This document shows positions 12,560 through 20,482 of a stretch of 64,000 nt of DNA, one piece after another. Each line of letters opens with the position of its first letter. Within the stretch, counting starts at the first letter, position 1. The stretch is taken from the NCBI GenBank assembly GCA_963758635.1, contig CAVWWD010000007.1, positions 338,946-402,945 on the forward strand, written 5' to 3'. The notes beneath the pieces were generated by a model. The model was given only the letters and a program-made list of their open reading frames with translations, did no database searches and was not told the DNA's origin. Made by a program: the position numbers and the translations under genes. The stretch is from an uncultured Candidatus Rokubacteria bacterium. Lineage in GTDB: Bacteria > Methylomirabilota > Methylomirabilia > Rokubacteriales > CSP1-6.

Positions 12560-13960
12560 TCAGGAGCGGGAGGGGCGCCGCCAGGCGCCGGCGCGGATCG
12601 CCGCGGCGACCAGGCTCCCGAAGACGACCATGGCGAGGGCGACGGCGAGGAAGAGGCCGGTGAGGCCGGCCCCGAGGTAATGAACGACCAGCCATCCGCC
12701 TCCGCCGGCCACGATGAGGCGCGCGAAGCCGGCAATCAGCGGCCACGCGAGGCGCCCGGCGCCCTGCGAGGCGAAGTAGAGCGCCAGCCCGAGCCCGAAG
12801 AACGCATAGGTGGGGCCGACGATCCTGAGGCACACCGAGCCCGCGGCGATCACCTCGGGATCGGCGGTGAAGAGGCCGATCCACGCGGCGGGGAACACGG
12901 CGGCGGCAAGGCCGATGCTCCCCGTCACCATGCCGGCCAGCGCGGCGCCGGTCCACGCGACGCGCTCGGCGCGCTCGCCGCGGCCCGCGCCGACGTTGGT
13001 GCCCACCATCGGCACGAGCGCCGACCCGAGGCCGAAGACGAGCGGGATCTGCAGGTACTCCAGCCGGGCGGCGAGGCCGTAGCCGGCGAGGGCCGCGGCG
13101 CCGAACGAGCCGACGAGCCCGGTGAGCAGCACGATCGTGAGGTTGGTGAGCACGGTGTTGAGCGAGCCGGGCGCGCCCACGCGCAGGATCTCGCCGAAGA
13201 GCCGGCCCCGGAACCGCACGCCGGCGAGGGACAGCCGCACCAGGCCCCGGCCCGACGCGAGATAGCCCAGGAGGACGAGGGCCCCGAGCCCGAACGAGGC
13301 GACGCTGGCCGTGGCGGTGCCCGCCACGCCGAGCCGCGGCAGGGGGCCCCACCCGAGCACCAGGCCGGGGGAGAGCAGGCCGTACATCACGCTGGCGCCC
13401 AGCGCCACGCCGGCGGGAAGGGCCATCACGCCGGTTCCGCGCACGACCGAGGCCGCGGTGTTGAAGAGCCAGTACGAGGCGGCTCCGCCGAACACGACGG
13501 TGGAGTAGGTGACGGCCGCGTCCAGCACCGGGCCCTCCGCGCCCATCGCCCGGTAGAGCCGGGGACCCAGCGTCCACGCCCCGGCCGTGAAGAGCGTGGC
13601 CATGGTGAGCGCGATGACGAGGGCGTGCACGGCGAGGAGGTCCGCGTCACCGCGCCGGCCGCTGCCGAGCGCGCGCGCCACCGCGGCGGCCACGCCGCCG
13701 CCCATGCCGCCCGCCGACATCGTCTGCATGAGCATCACGAGCGGGAAGACGACGGCCACGCCGGCCAGGGCGGGCGCGCCCAGCCAGCCCACGAAGTACG
13801 CGTCGAGCGCGCTGACCGCGGCCTGCGCCACCATGACGAGCACGTTCGGCGCGGCGAGGCGCAGGAGCGTGGGCGTGATCGGGCCGTCGAGCAGCAGGCG
13901 GGTGCGGGCGGCCATCGCCCCCGGAGGGGCCGGCGGCGCGAGCGCGGCAGGGGTGGCCAT
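12560..13960 (-). CDS. MATE family efflux transporter
   Basis: Intact 466-aa ORF with about 12 TM segments. It carries LLRLAAPNVLVMVAQAAVSALDAYFVGWLG, a typical MatE N-terminal motif. Confidence 0.85.
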   Translation of the reverse strand: MATPAALAPPAPPGAMAARTRLLLDGPITPTLLRLAAPNVLVMVAQAAVSALDAYFVGWLGAPALAGVAVVFPLVMLMQTMSAGGMGGGVAAAVARALGSGRRGDADLLAVHALVIALTMATLFTAGAWTLGPRLYRAMGAEGPVLDAAVTYSTVVFGGAASYWLFNTAASVVRGTGVMALPAGVALGASVMYGLLSPGLVLGWGPLPRLGVAGTATASVASFGLGALVLLGYLASGRGLVRLSLAGVRFRGRLFGEILRVGAPGSLNTVLTNLTIVLLTGLVGSFGAAALAGYGLAARLEYLQIPLVFGLGSALVPMVGTNVGAGRGERAERVAWTGAALAGMVTGSIGLAAAVFPAAWIGLFTADPEVIAAGSVCLRIVGPTYAFFGLGLALYFASQGAGRLAWPLIAGFARLIVAGGGGWLVVHYLGAGLTGLFLAVALAMVVFGSLVAAAIRAGAWRRPSRS

Positions 13961-13993
13961 ACGTGAGTATGAAAATAGTAGTGACTATGGAAA

Positions 13994-14500
13994 TTGTCAA
14001 GTCCGAGCCCGGCGGCTATACTGGGCGCCGTGACCAAGCGTTACGGCCAGGCCTGCCCGGTGGCCAAGTCCCTGGAGCTGGTGGGGGACCGGTGGACGCT
14101 CCTCATCGTCCGGGACCTCCTGGGCGGCACGCGCCGGTTCCAGGACCTCGCGGCCTCGCAGAAGGGCATCGCGCCCGCCATGCTGTCCGACCGGCTCAAG
14201 CGCATGGAGCGCCACGGGCTCGTGACGCGCGAGTTCTACTCCGAGCACCCGCCCCGGGCGCGGTACACCCTCACCGAGCGGGGACGGGGACTGGGCTGGG
14301 TGGTCGGGGCTCTCGCGGCCTGGGGATCGCAGCACGTGTTCAAGCAGACGCGCATGGTCCACGCGGACTGCGGCCACGAGATCCAGCTCGGCTACCACTG
14401 CCCGGCCTGCGCCACGCGCATCCCCGGCGCCAGCGTGAAGCTCGATCGAGTGCCCCCGCGCGCGAGGACCCGGGCGCGCCCGGCTCCCGCGAAGGGCTGA
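13994..14500 (+). CDS. HxlR-family transcriptional regulator with a Cys/His-containing C-terminal extension
   Basis: CPVAKSLELVGDRWTLLIVRDLLGGTRRFQDL is the HxlR signature. There is an extra tail, ...HADCGHEIQLGYHCPACATRIPG. The true start may be the GTG at 14030. It is divergent from the MATE gene across an AT-rich 35-70 bp spacer. Confidence 0.8.
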   Translation: MSSPSPAAILGAVTKRYGQACPVAKSLELVGDRWTLLIVRDLLGGTRRFQDLAASQKGIAPAMLSDRLKRMERHGLVTREFYSEHPPRARYTLTERGRGLGWVVGALAAWGSQHVFKQTRMVHADCGHEIQLGYHCPACATRIPGASVKLDRVPPRARTRARPAPAKG

Positions 14501-14555
14501 CGGCGCCACTGCGGCCCTCGGGCCGGGTGTTATCATTCGGCAGAGCCGCCCCCCC

Positions 14556-15035
14556 ATGTTCGATATCGGCCTGCAGGAGCTGGTCCTCATCTTCGTCATC
14601 GCCCTCCTCGTGTTCGGTCCGAAGAACCTGCCGCAGCTCGGCCGCTCCCTCGGCCGCGCCATGCGGGAGTTCCGGAAGGCCAGCGATGAGTTCAAGAGCA
14701 CGATCGAGACGAACCTGCAGATGAACGAGATCGACCCGCCGCCCACCCTCCAGCCGGCCGGCAACGTCCCGGCGCTCCCGCTCGAGACGCCCGCCCCGGC
14801 CGCCACTGCCGAGCCGGTCCTGGACCCGGAAGGGGCGTCGGTCGCCCAGGAAACGGCGTCGCCGCCTGGAGAGCCGTACGTGGCCCAGCGCGGAGCTCGG
14901 CTCTTCCACGGCAGGGAGTGCGGGTGGCTCAAGAAGGTGTCCGAGGCCGACCGGGTCTACTTCAAGCGCGTGGCCGAGGCCCGGGAGGCGGGCTTCGTCA
15001 ACTGCCCGGCCTGCGACCCGTGGGAGCCCACGTAA
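14556..15035 (+). CDS. tatA: TatA/E-family translocase subunit fused to a C-terminal Ada-like Cys-rich metal-binding motif
   Basis: The N-terminus MFDIGLQELVLIFVIALLVFGPKNLPQLGRSLGRAMREFRKA is canonical TatA. The C-terminal 45 aa read LFHGRECGWLKKVSEADRVYFKRVAEAREAGFVNCPACDP. Confidence 0.75.
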   Translation: MFDIGLQELVLIFVIALLVFGPKNLPQLGRSLGRAMREFRKASDEFKSTIETNLQMNEIDPPPTLQPAGNVPALPLETPAPAATAEPVLDPEGASVAQETASPPGEPYVAQRGARLFHGRECGWLKKVSEADRVYFKRVAEAREAGFVNCPACDPWEPT

Positions 15036-15090
15036 AATTTTTTTGGCTTGCGATCCTCAACGGGTGTTGACTATTATCATGTTGAGTTGA
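15033..15090 (+). promoter_or_regulatory. candidate lexA promoter with palindromic operator (TCAAC-N4-GTTGA plus two further GTTGA copies)
   Basis: An A4T7 tract (15034-15044) may be an UP element. -35 is TTGCGA at 15048-15053; after an 18-nt spacer, -10 is TATTAT at 15072-15077. The palindrome tcaacgggtgttga (15057-15070) sits in the spacer, and gttgagttga follows at 15081-15090. The lexA ATG is at 15146. Confidence 0.45.
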
Positions 15091-15145
15091 TTTGGGCAGG
15101 TCCCGGAAGCGGTAGCGAGATGGCGAGCGCACAGGGGGAGACCGA

Positions 15146-15775
15146 ATGAAGGAGATGACGGCGCGGCAGCGGGAGGTCCTGGCGTTCGTCCGGAGCTTCA
15201 TCGAGCGTCACGGGGCCCCGCCCACGGTGCGGGAAATCGGAGAGCGCTTCGGCTTCACGGCGCGCGCCGCCTTCGACCACCTCCGGGCGCTGGAGCGCAA
15301 GGGCATGCTCCACCGCCGGGTCACGGACAAGCGGGTCTCCCGCACCCTCGTCCTGTCGGACCGCACGCCGGCGCGGCGGCCGGCCGTCCGCGAGATCCCC
15401 GTCCTCGGCCGCATCGCCGCGGGCACCCCGCTCTACGCCGAGGAGAACCGGGAAGACTCCATTCCCGTGCGTCCCGAGTGGTTCGCCCGCAAGGGCGAGG
15501 ACCTGTTCGCCCTGCGCGTGCGCGGCGACAGCATGATCGACGCCCACATCATGGATGGGGACCTCGTCCTTGTCCGGCGCCAGGACTCGGCGCAGCCCGG
15601 AGACGTGGTCGCCGCGCTCGTGGACAGCGAGGCCACGGTCAAGCGCTTCTCGCGCGACGGCCAGTCGGTCGTGCTGCGCCCCGAGCACCCCACGATGAAG
15701 CCGATCGTCGTCGCCCCGGGAAGCGCGGACTTCAAGATCCTCGGCAAGGTCATCGGCCTCATTCGCGGCTTCTGA
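15146..15775 (+). CDS. lexA: LexA repressor
   Basis: 209 aa starting MTARQREVLAFVRSFIERHGAPPTVREIGE. It has an AG cleavage site (RIAAGTP), the S24 peptidase motif LRVRGDSMIDAHI, and ...ATVKRF. Confidence 0.93.
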   Translation: MKEMTARQREVLAFVRSFIERHGAPPTVREIGERFGFTARAAFDHLRALERKGMLHRRVTDKRVSRTLVLSDRTPARRPAVREIPVLGRIAAGTPLYAEENREDSIPVRPEWFARKGEDLFALRVRGDSMIDAHIMDGDLVLVRRQDSAQPGDVVAALVDSEATVKRFSRDGQSVVLRPEHPTMKPIVVAPGSADFKILGKVIGLIRGF

Positions 15776-16034
15776 GGGAGACGCACCATGCGGACGCTCA
15801 CGACTCCACGCACTCGCCACGGACGCTACGCGGCTCGCCGCCCGAGACCGGGCGCGCGCCGGCCCCGGCCGCTCGCTCGGCTCTACCTGGGAGCGCGCCC
15901 GCGGCGGCCGCTCCTCGCCCCCCGGCCGCACCGGACGGCGCCGGTGTCCGCGGTCCGGGAGTGGCTGGGCGGCGCGGCGATGGTGCTCGGGGTGGTCTCC
16001 TGGGGGGTCGTGCTGACGCTGCTCGCCGGCTGAC

Positions 16035-16104
16035 GACCCTCGCAGAATGCGCTAACCGCCACGGGCCTCTACAGTCCTACCGCTCGGCCTGAGTCTGATG
16101 CGCG
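16035..16104 (+). repeat. 70-nt intergenic element, copy B (inverted relative to copy A)
   Basis: gaccctcgcagaatgcgctaaccgccacgggcctctacagtcctaccgctcggcctgagtctgatgcgcg. It lies between the convergent ends of the lexA-side genes and the HD-GYP gene. Confidence 0.85.
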
Positions 16105-16136
16105 AGGCTCTCGAGCCGGCGCGACGAGCGGGACGG

Positions 16137-18044
16137 CTACGACTCGGCCAGCCGCTCCCAGGGCTTGACCGCGATGAACAGGTCGAGCAGATCCGCGTCG
16201 ATCGCCCCCGCCTTCCGCTCGAACCCGAGGATGTCCAGCGCCTTGTCCACCGGGACCGCCGCCTTGTACGGGCGGTCGTGGGCGGTGAGCGCGTCGAAGA
16301 TGTCGGTGATCGTCATCATCCGCGACTGGATCGCGATCGACGTGCCCTGGACGCCCTCGGGGTAGCCGCTCCCGTTGAGCTTCTCGTGGTGCGCGCGCGC
16401 GATGTCCGGGATGTTCCGCAGCTCGCGCGTCCAGGGGATCTGGATCAGGAACTGGTAGGTGTGCACCACGTGCGACTGGATCTGCCTGAACTCCTCGGGG
16501 GTCAGGCTCCCGCGCTGGATCGACAGCATGCGCGCCTCGTCGGGCGTGATGACCGTGGCGGCGGTGCCCCGGTGGTCCACGAACGGGATGAGGGGCAGCT
16601 GCTGGATCCGCGCCGCCACGTCCTGCGGCAGCACGCTCGGCTCGTTGGCGGACACCACCGCGGCCAGGTGCTCGTCCAGCTCGCGCAGGAGCTTCTCGAT
16701 CTCGCGGTCGTGGATGGCCAGGCGCTCGGCGGCGCGCCCCGGCCCCTCGCGGAGCGCGACCTCGAGCTTCTCGCGGGTCAGGCGCAGCTCCACGCCCCGC
16801 TTCATCAGGTCCACGCGCTGGCGGATCAGATCGAGGTGCTGGGGGAAGAGCTTCTTGGCCTTGACGAGGACCTCTTCGCGCACGCCGACCTTGCCGAAGT
16901 CGTGGAGCAGCGAGGCGTAGCGGATCTCCTTCATCTCGTCGGCGGAGAAGCGCACCGCGCGGAAGGGCGCGTCGTCGGCGCGGTCGACGGCGGTGGCGAG
17001 GGCCACCGTGAGGTCGGCCACGCGGAACGAATGGCCGGAGGTGGTCGGATCGCGCGACTCGATGGCGGTGACCGAGGCGCGGACGAACCCCTCGAACAGG
17101 GTCTGGATGCTCTCGAGCAGCCGGCTGTTCTGGAGCGCCACCGCCGCCTGCGAGGCCAGCGACTCGGCCAGGCTCATGAATCGCTCGGGATAGGGGACGG
17201 CCTCGCGCTCGATGGCCGCCGCGGAGGGGAAGCGCCGGTTGCCATGGCGCTTGCAGTTGATGAGCTGGAGCACGCCGATGGTCTGCCCCGCGGGCGTGCG
17301 CATGGGCACCACGAGCATCGACTTGGTCCGGTAGCCCGCCTGCTGGTCGAAGGACCGGTTGATGCGATAGAGCGCGCCCGGCGGCGGGCGGTAGGCGTCC
17401 TGCAGGTGGAGGACCTCGCCGGTCAGGGCCACGTGCCCGGCCACGCTCTCCTCGCTGATCGGAATGGTGAACTCGCGGAACGGCACGCTCACGAAGTCGT
17501 TCTGGGTGAGCTTGAAGCGGAGCTGCGGATCGCCCTCCTCGGGCTCCTCCGCGAGATAGATCGAGCCGGCGTCGCTGTGCGTGATCTCGCGCGCCTTGGT
17601 GAGGATCATCGTCAGGAGGGCGTCGGTGTCCCGCTCCGCGGAGAGCCGCACGCCGATCTGGTTCAGCTCCTCGAGCTGCTGCTTCGTCTGCTCGGATTCG
17701 CGGGTGAGGCGCCCGTGCTCGAAGGCGTTGTCGAGGGCGCGGGCGAGGATGAACGGGGCCACCGGCTTCGGCAGGTACGCGTAGCAGGTCGTGGGCCAGC
17801 CGTCCGGCCCGGACGCGGCGGTCACGAAGGCGAGCACCGGCGCGCCCTGGAGCTTGCCGGTCAGCTTCGAGACCAGGTCCGGAGGGTCGTGATCCAGGTC
17901 CACCACCACCGCCTCGGGATCGTCGGCGCGCCGGCGGAGCGTGTCCGCCTGGGAGAGCGGGTGGGCCTCGAAGCCCTCGGGGAGCCCGTGGGCCACCGGA
18001 CCTGCCGGAGAGCCGTCCGGATACCACACGAGCTGGCGCAACAT
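16137..18044 (-). CDS. GAF-domain / HD-GYP-domain signalling protein (putative c-di-GMP phosphodiesterase)
   Basis: Intact 635-aa ORF. The central region is GAF-like. LLHDFGKVGV and HHEKLNGSGYP are HD-GYP signatures, split by a roughly 100-aa insert. Confidence 0.85.
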   Translation of the reverse strand: MLRQLVWYPDGSPAGPVAHGLPEGFEAHPLSQADTLRRRADDPEAVVVDLDHDPPDLVSKLTGKLQGAPVLAFVTAASGPDGWPTTCYAYLPKPVAPFILARALDNAFEHGRLTRESEQTKQQLEELNQIGVRLSAERDTDALLTMILTKAREITHSDAGSIYLAEEPEEGDPQLRFKLTQNDFVSVPFREFTIPISEESVAGHVALTGEVLHLQDAYRPPPGALYRINRSFDQQAGYRTKSMLVVPMRTPAGQTIGVLQLINCKRHGNRRFPSAAAIEREAVPYPERFMSLAESLASQAAVALQNSRLLESIQTLFEGFVRASVTAIESRDPTTSGHSFRVADLTVALATAVDRADDAPFRAVRFSADEMKEIRYASLLHDFGKVGVREEVLVKAKKLFPQHLDLIRQRVDLMKRGVELRLTREKLEVALREGPGRAAERLAIHDREIEKLLRELDEHLAAVVSANEPSVLPQDVAARIQQLPLIPFVDHRGTAATVITPDEARMLSIQRGSLTPEEFRQIQSHVVHTYQFLIQIPWTRELRNIPDIARAHHEKLNGSGYPEGVQGTSIAIQSRMMTITDIFDALTAHDRPYKAAVPVDKALDILGFERKAGAIDADLLDLFIAVKPWERLAES

Positions 18045-18209
18045 GCCGGGGAGAGTATGATCGGCGCGCCGAGGCTGTCAACCACGGTCTGCGGTTGTTT
18101 CCACGGCCCTTCCATATGCGTTTCCGCTCGCCTTCGGCTCGCTGCGCACTTCCACTGCGCCGGTCTTGACCGGGAGCCGGACCGCGTGGTTTCCTGGGGC
18201 TCCGCGCTC

Positions 18210-19601
18210 ATGGACAAGGTCATCGCGTCACCGGAGCAGGCGGTCGCGGACATCCCTCACGGCGCCACCGTCGCCATCGCCGGGTTCGGCGTCGGCCACC
18301 GCTTCGCCTCGAGCCTCCTGCTCGCCCTGCGTAACCAGGGCACGCGCGACCTGTGCCTGGTGTGCAACTCCATGGGCGGGCCGGGCGAGGTGCGGGGGCA
18401 GATCCTCGCCGAGAACAAGCAGGTGCGGAAGCTGATCGTGTCCTTCTCCGTGCGCCCGGGCGTGCCCACGGCCGCCGAGGAGCAGATCGCCGCGGGCGAG
18501 GTGGAGGTCGAGCTGGTCCCGCAGGGCACGCTGGTCGAGCGCTGCCGCGCCGGCGGCGCGGGCATCCCGGCCTTCTACACGCCGACCAGCGTCGGCACGC
18601 TCCTGACCGAGGGCAAGGAGATCCGCGAGTTCGACGGGACGCCCTACGTCCTCGAGCGCGCCATCCGGGTGGACTACGCGCTCCTGCGCGCGCATCGCGC
18701 GGATCGCGCCGGCAACCTGCAGTTCCGCGGCGGCAGCCAGAACTTCAACCCGAGCTTCGCCAAGGCCGCCCGCGTGGCCATCGTCGAGGTGGACGAGATC
18801 GTGGACGCAGGCGGGATCCCGCCCGAGCTCATGGACCTGCCCGGGATCTTCGTGTCGCGCGTGGTCCGGAGCACGTACCCGATCGACATGACGAACCTGC
18901 GGCGGCCGGCGCGGCGCGCCGCGGACACCCCGCGCGTCTACCTCGGCAAGCCGGCGCTGACCCGCGAGGGCATCGGCCGGCGCGCCGCGGGGCTCATCAA
19001 GGACGGTAGCTACGTGAACCTCGGGACCGGCATCCCCACGCAGGTGTCGAACTACCTGGGCCACCGCGACGTGACGCTCCACGCCGAGAACGGGATCCTC
19101 GGCTACGGCGAGATGGTCTCGGGCGACGACATCGACCTGGACGTGTACAACGCGGGCGGCCAGTTCGTGGCGCTGCGGCCCGGGGCGTCGTTCTTCGACA
19201 GCGTCACCTCCTTCGAGATGGCCCGGAGCGGCCGCATCCACGCGGTCATCCTGGGCGCGTACGAGGTGGACGAGCACGCCAACGTGGCGAACTGGAGCAC
19301 GCGCGACCGTGCCCGGGGCGGGATCGGCGGGGCCATGGACCTGGTCGCGGGCGGAGCGGAGCTCATCATCGTGATGGAGCATTGCGACAGCAAGAACCGG
19401 CCGAAGCTCCGGCGGACGTGCACGTATCCCCTGACCGGCGCCGGGTGCGTGGACTAGGTCGTGACGGACCTGGCCCTGCTCCACCGGGTGGACGGCCGGT
19501 TCGTGCTCGAGGAGGTGGCGCCCGGCTTCACCCCGACCGAGGTCCTGTCCCTCACGGAGATGGACCTCGTCGTGGCCCCGCACGTCCGGAGCATGGTGTG
19601 A
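18210..19601 (+). CDS. 3-oxoacid CoA-transferase, fused A+B subunits, with an in-frame TAG at 19455-19457
   Basis: The A part starts MDKVIASPEQAVADIPHGATVAIAGFG. The B part carries ...YVNLGTGIPT...ENGILG. After the TAG the same frame continues with conserved VVTDLALLHRVDGRFVLEEVAPGFTPTEVLSLTEM and reaches a TGA at 19599-19601. Confidence 0.85.
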
Positions 19602-20482
19602 CGATCCCGCGGGTCTCCACGGGGGTTCCGAAGCTCGACGCGATGCTCGGCGGCGGGCTCCTGCCCGGCACCCTCACCGTCGTGTACGGCGCCACCGGCA
19701 TCGGCAAGACGCACCTCGGCCTGGCCTTCGCCGGCCACGGCCGCGCCGCCGACGGGAGGGCCGGGATCATCTTCGACATGAACGCTCGCGGCGACTCCCA
19801 GCAGCACCACGCGTACGCCGAGCGCCTGGCCGGGTGGTCCCTCGGGCGGTGGACGCACGCGGTCACGCCCATGGCCGATCCGTTTCCGTCGCCCGCCGAG
19901 ATGCAGGCGCACTACTGCGGCGCGCTGCCGTGGGTCGGCAAGCTCCGCGACTACCAGGTGCCGACGACCGACGGCATGGAGTTCGACTGGAACTGGAAGG
20001 CGGTCTACAACCACGCGCTGTACACGGTGCGGCCGTTCGTGTACTTCCACCTCGGCGCGGGCTCCCGCCGCATCGTGGTGGACGGGATCGAGCCGATGGA
20101 CGTGCCCGCCGACTACATCCAGCCCTACCTCTTCGACCAGCTCTACCGCACGGTGATCCATCGCGACAGCGAGACGCTCGGCATGGAGATCTGCATGCCC
20201 GTCTGGAAGCACCGGGCGTTCATCGACGCGCACTGCTACGACCACGCGGCGGTGACGACGATGCTGCTGGTCACCACCGAGGAGACCCCGCTCGAGCACC
20301 TGCTCGCGCGCAAGGTGGCGGCGGGCGACATCGGGGCGGTGGCCAACACCATCGTCGTCCTCGGCAGCGAGCGCGTCGGCAACCGCCTGGGGCGCTTCGT
20401 CTGCGTGGTCAAGCACCGGGGCAGCGCGATGAGCGACGAGATCGCCGAGTTCCGCGTCACCGAGCAGGGACTCGTGCTCTGA
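19598..20482 (+). CDS. KaiC/RecA-superfamily ATPase (single domain)
   Basis: The GTG at 19598 overlaps the CoA-transferase stop (GTGTGA). It carries PRVSTGVPKLDAMLGGGLLPGTLTVVYGATGIGKTHLGLAF (Walker A) and ...VVKHRGSAMSDEIAEFRVTEQGL, a KaiC-like tail. Confidence 0.65.
   Translation: MTIPRVSTGVPKLDAMLGGGLLPGTLTVVYGATGIGKTHLGLAFAGHGRAADGRAGIIFDMNARGDSQQHHAYAERLAGWSLGRWTHAVTPMADPFPSPAEMQAHYCGALPWVGKLRDYQVPTTDGMEFDWNWKAVYNHALYTVRPFVYFHLGAGSRRIVVDGIEPMDVPADYIQPYLFDQLYRTVIHRDSETLGMEICMPVWKHRAFIDAHCYDHAAVTTMLLVTTEETPLEHLLARKVAAGDIGAVANTIVVLGSERVGNRLGRFVCVVKHRGSAMSDEIAEFRVTEQGLVL

Noticed and set aside
15019-15044. Hairpin cgtgg-gagc-ccacg followed by taaaa and T7 as an intrinsic terminator of tatA
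   Set aside because: The stem is only 5-6 bp, lies inside the coding end, and is separated from the T-run by 5 nt. The A/T tract fits at least as well as an UP element of the lexA promoter, so it is not called separately.
15788-16033. 81-aa ORF downstream of lexA with one C-terminal hydrophobic helix
   Set aside because: The N-terminal 55 aa are an Arg/Pro run typical of spurious high-GC ORFs, no RBS or family was recognised, and the evidence is insufficient to call a gene.
16098-18209. N-terminal 700 aa of the 1119-aa plus-strand ORF 16098..19457
   Set aside because: It is an antisense shadow of the GAF/HD-GYP gene, Arg/Gly/Asp-rich with no motifs. Real coding sequence (the CoA-transferase) starts at ATG 18210.
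19382-19597. Upstream extension of the KaiC-like ORF
   Set aside because: It overlaps the conserved C-terminus of the CoA-transferase in another frame. A GTG at 19598 coupled to the upstream stop is more plausible.
19598-20482. KaiC-like protein as part of a circadian clock
   Set aside because: It has a single ATPase domain, no kaiA or kaiB nearby, and no duplicated KaiC architecture. I called it only as a generic RecA-superfamily ATPase.
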